Source of the DNA: a candidate division FCPU426 bacterium
GTDB taxonomy: Bacteria; Oederibacteriota; Muellerivitia; Muellerivitales; Muellerivitaceae
Reading direction: 5' to 3'
Assembly: GCA_963738405.1 (NCBI GenBank)
Contig: CAVTWJ010000001.1
Span: 186,142-250,141 of the forward strand
Length of the DNA: 64,000 nucleotides
Of the stretch, positions 9,373-18,191 are shown in pieces. Numbering within the stretch: position 1 is the stretch's first letter; every line of letters starts with the position of its first letter. The notes under the pieces were generated by a model that saw only the letters and a program-made list of their open reading frames with translations, searched no databases and had not been told where the DNA came from. Made by a program: the position numbers and the translations under genes.

Positions 9373-11730
9373 ATGATCAGTGGGTTTCAAAGTTTAAGCA
9401 CTATTAACAGCGGGTTGATTCTCCAGCAATTGGAGCAGGATGTAACTGCTTCCAACCTTGCCCAGCCTTCGCTTGATTCCCAAGGCTACCTGATGAACAG
9501 CCTAGAACGCGTTAACCCCGGTTCCGCTCCGTCTCTGTCCTTTAACGGCGCCAATGGGTTCATGTCGATTGGAAACGGCGTAACTGTTGATTCAATTACT
9601 CGCCTTCGAAATTCATTCTTGGATAACCAAATCCGCCAGGAAAGTTCACTTGTGGGTTATGACGAAATTTTAGCCAATTCCACCGGGAGCGGTGTTCTTA
9701 ACCAAATAAACTCAATCATCAATGCCTCCCCAACTACCACGCTTAATTACGCACTAACTCAATTTCAATCAGCTTGGCAGACTTTAGGGGCTAACACCAA
9801 TCCGGCTCTCGATTTAGCAGATGGGGCCTCGGTAGTAAGCGCAGGAACGGCGTTTGCCCAGATGGCCAACAGCCAATACAACCAATTGCAGGGCTTGCAG
9901 ATTACCTACAACAACAATATCCAAGGAACGGTTAACCAGATCAATCAGTTGTTTCAACAGTTGAATTCTATCAATGTACAGCTTAACTCGACTCAGGGAT
10001 CTAACCAAAACACCTTGTTAGATGCCCGGGATTACGCTTTAGATAAACTCTCTCGGCTCATGAATTTTCAGGTCACCTTTGGCAACAACGGTACGGCGAG
10101 CCTTTTCCTTAATGGGATTTCACTTGTGGGACCAAGTGGAGCGGCCCAACTCCAAGCAAATATACCTGACCCAAACAATCCTGCTCTCGTGAATATTACG
10201 CTTGAACCCTTTAACAGTTCCGTTCCGATGGAAACTGGGGGAGGGATAGTACCTGTTGCAATACCTTCGATAGTCGATCTCACAACTCAGATCACGGGAG
10301 GCAACCTGGGTGGGTATTTACAAGCTCGAAATGTCATCTTGCAGTCTTATAAGCAGCAGGTAAATCAAGCTACGACAGCCGCTATGAATTTTACGAACAC
10401 ACTCCAATCCGCCGGTTTTGCATCAAATGGTGTAACAACGGGTACTTTGTTTTTTGAGGGCACTGGGGCCTCAAATATCGTGGTGAATGGTGTTTTAACC
10501 ACAAATAGTGGGCTAGTTGCGGAGTCGAGCGTGGCCTTTGGAGCAGCTGGCGCTGTGGCCTATCCCGGAGCACCGGTTACTGGAAACCAGCAAATCGCGC
10601 AAATGCTTGGCGGGGGGAACTATGGGGCAAGTCCTATAATAAACCCAGGTCTGATGAATCTCATGGCGCAAAATTTTTCGGCTAGTGCTAAGGCTATTGG
10701 CATTCCAAATCCCTACGCCGCTTTGGGTTTGACAGGCTCCGCTTCAATCGATGGGGTAACTATTTCTTATGTTCCCACCGATACCATTTCAAGCATTTTG
10801 CAGCAGATTAATAACAATGTTTCGGGTGTAACTGCTGTTTACAATTCTTCCAGCCAGCAATTTTTCATTTTTTCTCCAAATCCTGTAAACATCACCGATA
10901 TCTCCGGCCTGAACCCCTTTGCAAACAGTACTGCGGCCGGGGCGGGTTGGACTAACCTGTCGAATTTTATGGTCGGAACTTCGACCCTCAATAATAGTTT
11001 TACGCCTAATCAGGCAATAGTGCAGTCTGGTGGCGCTCCCATGAATTCAATTGCCTCCATAGTTCCTGGCAACGGCCCAAATGATTCTGCCTTTGCCGTG
11101 ACACCATCCACAACTGGCTCCTTTACGGTTAATGGAGTAGCCGCTCCAATTCAATGGAACAATACTCAGTCTTTAAATACGATCCGGCTTCAAATCAACG
11201 CTTCAACCGCTGGGATCGCATCCCAAGCATTAGCGCCTCCCAATATTTTGTTTTCGCCTTTTTTTGGCGGTAACTCAGTCCAAATATTCAAAATGCAATC
11301 AGATCAGCCGATGCAAATCACCGACATTTCGGGAAATTTTACATCGGTAGTCGGCCTTAATAACAACACCGAAACTTTGGGACAACTTTCGAACTCCATT
11401 CTTGGGCAAGTAAATACAGAATTATCCAGCCAACAGATGGCAACCGGTCAAGCCCAAGATTCGCTCAACCAACTCAACACCGCCCAAGCCAATATTGCCG
11501 GTATCTATACTGGGGGTTCCTCGCCCGTAACCACGGCTTCGGGGATACCGACCTCCTCCAATTCGGGGGTTCCCCTGGCTTCCATACAACAGCAAGCCAC
11601 CCAGGCTGCGACGACTTACAACGCTTTATTAGAAATTATGCAGGTAATTGACAATATGTATCAAAATTTAATCAACGTTGTAGGCGGGGGAACGACCAGT
11701 AGTAATTCAAACAATACTTTCCAGGGTTAG
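9373..11730 (+). CDS. flgK: divergent hook-associated protein FlgK (785 aa)
   Basis: IGNGVTVDSITRLRNSFLDNQIR, LLDARD..LDKLS, GGNLGGYLQARN; terminal motifs diverged. Confidence 0.85.
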   Translation: MISGFQSLSTINSGLILQQLEQDVTASNLAQPSLDSQGYLMNSLERVNPGSAPSLSFNGANGFMSIGNGVTVDSITRLRNSFLDNQIRQESSLVGYDEILANSTGSGVLNQINSIINASPTTTLNYALTQFQSAWQTLGANTNPALDLADGASVVSAGTAFAQMANSQYNQLQGLQITYNNNIQGTVNQINQLFQQLNSINVQLNSTQGSNQNTLLDARDYALDKLSRLMNFQVTFGNNGTASLFLNGISLVGPSGAAQLQANIPDPNNPALVNITLEPFNSSVPMETGGGIVPVAIPSIVDLTTQITGGNLGGYLQARNVILQSYKQQVNQATTAAMNFTNTLQSAGFASNGVTTGTLFFEGTGASNIVVNGVLTTNSGLVAESSVAFGAAGAVAYPGAPVTGNQQIAQMLGGGNYGASPIINPGLMNLMAQNFSASAKAIGIPNPYAALGLTGSASIDGVTISYVPTDTISSILQQINNNVSGVTAVYNSSSQQFFIFSPNPVNITDISGLNPFANSTAAGAGWTNLSNFMVGTSTLNNSFTPNQAIVQSGGAPMNSIASIVPGNGPNDSAFAVTPSTTGSFTVNGVAAPIQWNNTQSLNTIRLQINASTAGIASQALAPPNILFSPFFGGNSVQIFKMQSDQPMQITDISGNFTSVVGLNNNTETLGQLSNSILGQVNTELSSQQMATGQAQDSLNQLNTAQANIAGIYTGGSSPVTTASGIPTSSNSGVPLASIQQQATQAATTYNALLEIMQVIDNMYQNLINVVGGGTTSSNSNNTFQG

Positions 11731-11745
11731 GAAAGGGAGAACATT

Positions 11746-14700
11746 GTGAAAAGTATAAGCGAACTTTTAGACAGCCTTTCGGCCAAACAAACCGATACCA
11801 CCCTAAACCCGACGGGGGTTGTTAACCCTTCTGGAAATGGGGCTGGATCGAATAACAATTCTTTTGGCCAGGTTATCGCCAAAATTTCAAACCAGCAACA
11901 AAACGCCAACAATAACAATCCAGTTCCGTTGACTGCGAATCATTCTGCGACAACGCCGGTTGTGTCGCCTTCTGCTGTAACTCCTGCAACCTCGACCGCC
12001 CAAACGCCTTCTCTCTTAACGGGTTCGACAGGGGCCAACCAAGCCGCCCAAGACACACTTCTTGTTATCGAAAAACTTCAAGGCGTCAAACCCCAAGATG
12101 TGGCTGCGATTGAAAAAGCTTTTTTTGCCATGGCTTCGGGTTTGGCCAATCTTCTTTCTCAGGCTCAACAGCTAACGGGTGAAAATTCTAGTCAGCTTCA
12201 AGCCCAATTGGTCGCCAATTCGGGGGGGCAAATTACTCCCGCCGAAGCATCCCAATTGGTTTCGGCGGTTCAAACTTTCGTGCAAAACCTTCCTCAGGGA
12301 CAAAACCCGCTTGATTTGAATAAACAGGACCAAAACCAGCTTGTGGGCCAAATGCTTCAACAAATGCTTCAGAATCAACAGGTTGCCTTTGCGCTTGCGC
12401 CGCAGGCCGCTACTCAGGGGGACAATCAATCTGTTAACACGACTTCATCCATATCCTCGATTGCGCAATCAAATGTTCTTTCTAATGTCACTTTGCGGTT
12501 TATGTTTGCTGATGGACAAATCAGCCAAACCTCTGCGACGGGGAATCAGAACAGCGGGGTTCAAGTTAATTTCCAAAGCGCCGGGGTGCAGGTTCTAACT
12601 CAAACTTTTAACACACAAAACTCTTTAGGGAGTATTGGTTCGGATTCCCTCCCGCAGGCATCGCTTCATTCAAACCAGCCTATTTTAAACAGAACGGTCA
12701 ATTTTCAACCGATTTCGCAGGATACGGTGAATTCAATATTGAATACCCTGTCCCAATTAGGAGCGCAACAAACTACCAATCTTCCAGTTACCATTGTTAA
12801 TCCCACTGTTTTAGGTCAAGGGCAACAAAACGCTGCCAATGGCCAGAATCTCCAGGCTCTCTTTAAGGTGTTGCTACAAGCCGGTGCTGGTCCGGTCATG
12901 CTTCAATCATCCATGGCACAGCAGGGAACCACCGCAAATAATCCTAATTCGCAGGCAACAACCCAAACTGGAAATCTTTTCACGCAATTTTCTGAAACCA
13001 TTACCGGGTCTATCCAATCCGTTTCGGTCCAGCCAATTGCGAGCGCTCAAAACACCGAAAATCCAACCATCAATCAGAATTCTTTCCCTTCGGCTCTGAT
13101 TTCGCAAAACGCCGGTAATACTCCTGTCAATTTAAAACCGATACCCCAAACAAGCACACAACCCACAGGTAACATCTCCAACAATTCCAACCTCTTACCT
13201 CAGAACGGCGCCCAAACCCCCGAAAACCTTGCGGTTAGTCCTAAGGCTGTTACTTCGACACAGGGAAACAATCAAACCCTCCAACCGCAAAATCAAACCG
13301 CGGCCAATGCTCCTAATGTGGGTAATGCCCAATCCTTCTGGTCGTCAGTTAATTTTCGACGGATTAACGATCTGGTGCTTCGATTTACCAATTTCATCGG
13401 CCAATCCAATACAGCGGTTGCGGTTCAATCTGCGGCGGGTCAGGGTCCCGCTCCCGTAGCCATTGCCAATACCCCTAGCGCTATTACCGCTCAGGTTGGC
13501 TCTTCCGTCGGCCCCCAGGCATCTCCCATCGCTATAGCCCAATTGCCAAATGGGGATCAGCAAGAAATCGTCAACAATGTTTTGACGCCGAATACCATTC
13601 AAATTCAGCCAATTCCGATACCCAATGCTCCTGTTACCACAACAACTCGGATTCAAACACAAGATCAAATCCATTTGTCCCAATCTCAACTGTCTCAACA
13701 AGACGCTTCAGTGTTGAACCAAAATCAAACCCCCATTTCTCCATTGGCCTCCAATCCCATTCAATCTGAATCAAACCAAAACTCGCAAAATTCAACTCAA
13801 ACGCAAGTGATAAGTTCTGTTTCTCCCTTAATTCCAACGAACACCACGGTTAACAGCGCAACACCCTTAAATAATAACCCGGCTGTGGTTACTTCTTTTG
13901 GAACCTCGAATTCCGTTGCGTCTTCCGCCAATATTAATCCCGCACCGCCTTCCGCTGTTTCGGGGCCTCCTGTGCTTCCTGGAACACAGGTTGTCACGCT
14001 TTCTCAGCCAGTCCCACAATCCAATTCGACCCAACCCTCGCAAGGTGGTTCGATAGCTCTGACATCAAATGCCCTAAATCAAGCACAGGATCCGGGTCTT
14101 TCGACACCGCCGGTATCCTTGGCACAAAATCTGTCCGGCTCCGTCGCAGCAGTTAACCTATTTGCCCAAGGAATTCCGCAAAATCAGTCGAATCACACTC
14201 AAACTCCAATAACCGCTAATCCGGTTCAGCCCTCCGGAACTATTTCAACGGCTACACCTCAGGCAGTGTCGGCAGTAACAAATGTGGGTGCTTCGGAGAA
14301 CCTGAAGCCTATCGGAGCACAAGAAAAGAGCCCTCTAACCGACCTTATGTCTTCCCAAAACCAGCCAGCTTTAGCCTCTAATGGCGTGGTTTATACCCTT
14401 GGGAAAAATGGGGAACTTCAATCGATAAATCCAGCGGGTAATCAGGTGCCGGTCAACGTTCAAGACCTGATTCGTCAGATTTCAAATCAAATTTCTGGAA
14501 AAACGGGTGATTTGAAAGCTACTTCTACCATCAGTTTTCAATTGTCGCCTGAAAACTTGGGAAGAATGACGATCCAGGTTTCCATGGCCGATCAATCGGT
14601 TTCGGCGAGAATTCTCGTGACAAACTCGGATGTCCGGGACGCCCTTCAACAGCATTTAGTGGATCTTAAAACTTCACTGAGCCAGTCAGGGTTGCAAATT

Positions 14701-14892
14701 GACCAGCTTCAGGTTCAAGTGCAGGGCGGCGGGGCCAGCCTTTTGGCCCAGTATTATCAGTACCAACAGGAAGGTTATGGGGCCAGCCTACCCTTTATGG
14801 GGGATACCAGTTCTACCGAGATCGCAGGCGAAAATGAGGCCAATTTGGCCCCGCTTTCGCTTAGGAAATCCCTTGTAAATCTGCTGGCTTAA
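11746..14892 (+). CDS. fliK: hook-length control protein FliK (1048 aa)
   Basis: Long Q/N/S/T/P-rich region, C-terminal T3S4 domain FQLSPENLGRMTIQV..VRDALQQHLVDLKTSLSQSGL; precedes flgD. Confidence 0.88.
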   Translation: MKSISELLDSLSAKQTDTTLNPTGVVNPSGNGAGSNNNSFGQVIAKISNQQQNANNNNPVPLTANHSATTPVVSPSAVTPATSTAQTPSLLTGSTGANQAAQDTLLVIEKLQGVKPQDVAAIEKAFFAMASGLANLLSQAQQLTGENSSQLQAQLVANSGGQITPAEASQLVSAVQTFVQNLPQGQNPLDLNKQDQNQLVGQMLQQMLQNQQVAFALAPQAATQGDNQSVNTTSSISSIAQSNVLSNVTLRFMFADGQISQTSATGNQNSGVQVNFQSAGVQVLTQTFNTQNSLGSIGSDSLPQASLHSNQPILNRTVNFQPISQDTVNSILNTLSQLGAQQTTNLPVTIVNPTVLGQGQQNAANGQNLQALFKVLLQAGAGPVMLQSSMAQQGTTANNPNSQATTQTGNLFTQFSETITGSIQSVSVQPIASAQNTENPTINQNSFPSALISQNAGNTPVNLKPIPQTSTQPTGNISNNSNLLPQNGAQTPENLAVSPKAVTSTQGNNQTLQPQNQTAANAPNVGNAQSFWSSVNFRRINDLVLRFTNFIGQSNTAVAVQSAAGQGPAPVAIANTPSAITAQVGSSVGPQASPIAIAQLPNGDQQEIVNNVLTPNTIQIQPIPIPNAPVTTTTRIQTQDQIHLSQSQLSQQDASVLNQNQTPISPLASNPIQSESNQNSQNSTQTQVISSVSPLIPTNTTVNSATPLNNNPAVVTSFGTSNSVASSANINPAPPSAVSGPPVLPGTQVVTLSQPVPQSNSTQPSQGGSIALTSNALNQAQDPGLSTPPVSLAQNLSGSVAAVNLFAQGIPQNQSNHTQTPITANPVQPSGTISTATPQAVSAVTNVGASENLKPIGAQEKSPLTDLMSSQNQPALASNGVVYTLGKNGELQSINPAGNQVPVNVQDLIRQISNQISGKTGDLKATSTISFQLSPENLGRMTIQVSMADQSVSARILVTNSDVRDALQQHLVDLKTSLSQSGLQIDQLQVQVQGGGASLLAQYYQYQQEGYGASLPFMGDTSSTEIAGENEANLAPLSLRKSLVNLLA

Positions 14893-14914
14893 TACGTTTT
14901 TAGCGGGTAAGGGC

Positions 14915-14941
14915 TCAAGTTTTTCGGCATAATGCCGTTAG
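14915..14941 (+). promoter_or_regulatory. sigma28-type promoter of flgD-TIGR02530-flgE
   Basis: TCAAGTTT-N11-GCCGTTAG, both boxes identical to those before flgM. Confidence 0.72.
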
Positions 14942-14968
14942 AAATTGTAAGAAAGAGGGGTGATTTTC

Positions 14969-15385
14969 ATGATTTCAGGAGTTAGCGGAAACTCGAACAA
15001 CAACTCCATTTCGAGTGCGTTGTCAAGCGCTACCGGTAGTAATCAATTCGTGTCAGAAAACACTTTTTTAACTCTTCTGATTACGCAGTTGAAGAATCAG
15101 GATCCGATGAATCCCCAGGACAGCAGTCAGTTCGTGGCTCAGTTGGCGTCATTTTCTTCGTTGGAACAAATGACGGCAATCAATACCTCGATGCAGAATG
15201 TTTTGGATAATTCGTCGACCAGTTTGATCGGTCAACACGTGTCGTTGCTCGATGCGTCGGGAAGTTTGGTTCAAGGTACGGTGACCGGCATTGTTTATTA
15301 CGCCAATACGCCGGCGGTTCAGGTCAACGGGCAGAACTATCCCTTGTCGGATATTCAAAACGTTGGGAATATTGTAGGTCAGTAA
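14969..15385 (+). CDS. flgD: hook-capping protein FlgD
   Basis: FLTLLITQLKNQDPMNP..FVAQLASFSSLEQM. Confidence 0.93.
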   Translation: MISGVSGNSNNNSISSALSSATGSNQFVSENTFLTLLITQLKNQDPMNPQDSSQFVAQLASFSSLEQMTAINTSMQNVLDNSSTSLIGQHVSLLDASGSLVQGTVTGIVYYANTPAVQVNGQNYPLSDIQNVGNIVGQ

Positions 15386-15444
15386 CGATTGAGTTTTTAG
15401 TTTGGCCCGGTAGCTTAGGGCTTTTGAAAGGCAGGTGAGGACAA

Positions 15445-15855
15445 GTGGTTCAGCAAGTTAACTTTAATGACTTGGTTTTTAAGCCGGTGGATGACGTCCA
15501 AAGCAAAGGCCAGTTGCAGCAGATTCAGCAACAGGCGAATAAAGCTGCGGAAGCCGTTCAGCCTTTTGACGCCGTGTTTCAATCGGCGGTTGATAAAACC
15601 CAATCGTTGAAGTTTTCGGCCCACGCCAAGGAAAGGCTGGCTTTGCGTAATATCAATCTTTCCCAGGATGACATGACCCGTATGAACGCTGCAGTGGATA
15701 AGGCGGCTTCCAAGGGGGCGCGTCAATCTCTTCTGGTGATGGAACACCAGGCTTTTATCGTGAGTGTGCCGAACCGCACCGTGATTACCGCGATGGATGG
15801 CGGAAGCATGAAAGAGAACGTCTTCACCAACATTGATAGCGCGGTGATTGTTTAG
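15445..15855 (+). CDS. TIGR02530-type flagellar operon protein
   Basis: LKFSAHAKERL..KG..SL..FIVSVPNRTVITAMD..ENVFTNIDSAVI, between flgD and flgE. Confidence 0.88.
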   Translation: MVQQVNFNDLVFKPVDDVQSKGQLQQIQQQANKAAEAVQPFDAVFQSAVDKTQSLKFSAHAKERLALRNINLSQDDMTRMNAAVDKAASKGARQSLLVMEHQAFIVSVPNRTVITAMDGGSMKENVFTNIDSAVIV

Positions 15856-15872
15856 TTTAAGTAGGGTAGCAA

Positions 15873-15924
15873 CGGGCTGGACCTCCTAGAGGAAGCCCGA
15901 AATTCGGCGGGCCTAATGCCTGCC
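15873..15924 (+). promoter_or_regulatory. structured flgE leader (two hairpins)
   Basis: cgggct-GGA-cctc-cta-gagg-A-agcccg (15873-15899) and ggcgggc-ctaat-gcctgcc (15906-15924) before SD AAGGAG. Confidence 0.6.
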
Positions 15925-15943
15925 AACTTTAAGGAGATCGATC

Positions 15944-17980
15944 ATGGGTTTAAGAGATATGTTCAGCGCCATTTCCGGGCTTCAAGCCAACAGCACTTGG
16001 CTGGATGTGATCGGAAATAACATCGCCAACACCAACACGGTGGCTTACAAATCGAGCCGGGTTGAGTTCGCGGATCAATTCAGCCAGACCCTTTACGCCG
16101 GCACCGGGGACAATACCGGCAGCGGATTGGGCGGCGTCAACCCCGAGCAGATCGGGTTGGGAACCAGGGTTGCTTCCATCCAGACCATCTGGACGGAAGG
16201 GGCTCTTCAGCAAACCGGTGTTTCCACCGACGTGGCCATCAACGGCAATGGCTTTTTGGTGACGAAAAACGACAACAGCACCTTTTACACCCGCGCCGGC
16301 AACCTGACCTTTGACAGCCAAGGCAACTTGGTTGACCAAAACGGGGGATTGATTCAGGGCTTTACGGCCACGGTTCAATATACGCAAACCGAAATCAATT
16401 CGACCAACGGAAACGCGGTAAATCCCACTCCGTTGGAAGTCACCTACGCCGATTTGAAGGTTCAGAACACGAACCTGTCGGCGGCTACGAACATTCAAAT
16501 CAATCCGAATTTCGTGGAGCCCGCCAAGGCGACTTCGCAGTTGAATTTTGTTGGTAACCTAGACTCTTTCCAACAGGCCAATGTGCTCAATATCGGCGCG
16601 GATACCGCTGCGGAACCGGCTACATTGCCAATTGGAATGCTAGGCGGTGGCGGTGTTGCGGCGGATTGGAATTTAAATAAGGTGGCACTCTCGGGATACG
16701 CGCCTCTTGGGGCGGCTGGAACCGGAACCCAAACCGTTCTGAACCAAGTGAACGATTACGCCACGGGTGTAGATCCGAACAATCCGGGACATACGACTCC
16801 CCTGATCGTTGGCGGGGCTGTATCTTTGGCTGCCATTCAAAATCCAGCAAATCCGCTGACAGAAAGTTTCGCATGGAATCAGCAGCCTCCAGTCACCCCG
16901 GCGTTGACTTCAACCCAGACGGTTTATGATTCGACGGGGGTACCCCATACCATTACAACCCAGTTTTACCAGGTAAATGATTTGGGAACCGCGAATCCTC
17001 CAATCAATCCCTCACCTGAGAATCAGGTGGCCTATGCCTGGTATTCTTTCGACACCACCGGTGGGGCAGCCGTCAGTACGGCGAATCTGCTTGGCGGGTC
17101 AGGCATTGTTGAAGGGCCGGACCCCGTTGCTGGAACTGCGGGTTATAACCGAGGGCAAGCGGGAACATCCTATTGGGGAGATTTGATCTATTTCAATACG
17201 GATGGATCCTTGGCTTCAATGGGTGGTGTTGAAGTAACTGCAGGCGCCAATGTGATTCAATCCGCAGCCCATGTTTATCTACCGGCAATCCAACCGCCAG
17301 CCGTCGCTCCTGGGCCGGTCGGTCAATTAACTCCGGTTTCACCGATTCCAACCCTTGGTGCTGAAATCATGGATATCACCATGGATTTTGGAACCGCAGG
17401 TTACACACAGGGCCCGACCGAAGCTCCGGTTGCGACTGCGGCTGCTAACACGGCTGGAGCTGCTCTTCCCGCCGGCTCGCCCGCACCTGGAACGATTCTT
17501 GATGCCAAACGCGACGGCTTTTTCAGCGATGCGGAAGGCACCTATCAGATCATCAATGGCGTCAATACATACGTGGCCAACAGCCATTCTACTACCAGCC
17601 AAAATGGTTACGCTGATGGGGTACTGCAGAACCTATCATTCGATCAAACCGGCACTATTCAAGGCCAGTTTAGCAACGGGCAAACCACGGCACTCGGCCA
17701 AGTTTTGATGGCCAGCGTCGAGAACGTAAATGGATTGTCCAAGGTGGGAAGCAATTATTATTCAGCTTCACCCAACGCCGGGGCTCAAACTTTAGGTTTG
17801 GCGGGTAAAAACGGTATGGGTACTATCCAAGGCGGTTACTTGGAAGCGTCCAACGTCGATTTGACCACTGAACTTTCCAACATGATCATCGCGCAGAGGG
17901 GATTTGATGTGAATTCCCGCGTGATCTCGGTTGAAAACGCAAACTTGCAGGTTCTGACTCAGTTGGGTCAAGGCGGCTGA
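15944..17980 (+). CDS. flgE: flagellar hook protein FlgE (678 aa, large inserts)
   Basis: DVIGNNIANTNTVAYK, YTRAGNL, VYDSTG, LEASNVDLTTELSNMIIAQRGF. Confidence 0.95.
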   Translation: MGLRDMFSAISGLQANSTWLDVIGNNIANTNTVAYKSSRVEFADQFSQTLYAGTGDNTGSGLGGVNPEQIGLGTRVASIQTIWTEGALQQTGVSTDVAINGNGFLVTKNDNSTFYTRAGNLTFDSQGNLVDQNGGLIQGFTATVQYTQTEINSTNGNAVNPTPLEVTYADLKVQNTNLSAATNIQINPNFVEPAKATSQLNFVGNLDSFQQANVLNIGADTAAEPATLPIGMLGGGGVAADWNLNKVALSGYAPLGAAGTGTQTVLNQVNDYATGVDPNNPGHTTPLIVGGAVSLAAIQNPANPLTESFAWNQQPPVTPALTSTQTVYDSTGVPHTITTQFYQVNDLGTANPPINPSPENQVAYAWYSFDTTGGAAVSTANLLGGSGIVEGPDPVAGTAGYNRGQAGTSYWGDLIYFNTDGSLASMGGVEVTAGANVIQSAAHVYLPAIQPPAVAPGPVGQLTPVSPIPTLGAEIMDITMDFGTAGYTQGPTEAPVATAAANTAGAALPAGSPAPGTILDAKRDGFFSDAEGTYQIINGVNTYVANSHSTTSQNGYADGVLQNLSFDQTGTIQGQFSNGQTTALGQVLMASVENVNGLSKVGSNYYSASPNAGAQTLGLAGKNGMGTIQGGYLEASNVDLTTELSNMIIAQRGFDVNSRVISVENANLQVLTQLGQGG

Positions 17981-18028
17981 TGATTAGGTTGATGTAAGAA
18001 CCGCTTCAATGCGGTCTATTAGGATTCC

Positions 18029-18064
18029 CGGCGCCCTTCTTAACGGGGGGCGCCGTTTATTTTT
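18029..18064 (+). terminator. intrinsic terminator after flgE
   Basis: cggcgcccttc-ttaac-ggggggcgccg followed by tttattttt. Confidence 0.8.
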
Positions 18065-18191
18065 GGGTCCTGAAAATCATGAAGAGTACTTTTGTAATGA
18101 ACACGGTGGCATGATGTTTTTTACGATGGATTTTTGTGAGGTCGAGATTTTGTCTAAGAAATCGTGGGTCAAATGGGTTTGAGAGGTTTTT

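Noticed and set aside
15384..15393. aacgattgag identical to the loop of the second flgG leader hairpin
   Set aside because: A 10-nt match overlapping the flgD stop with no flanking stem; compatible with chance.
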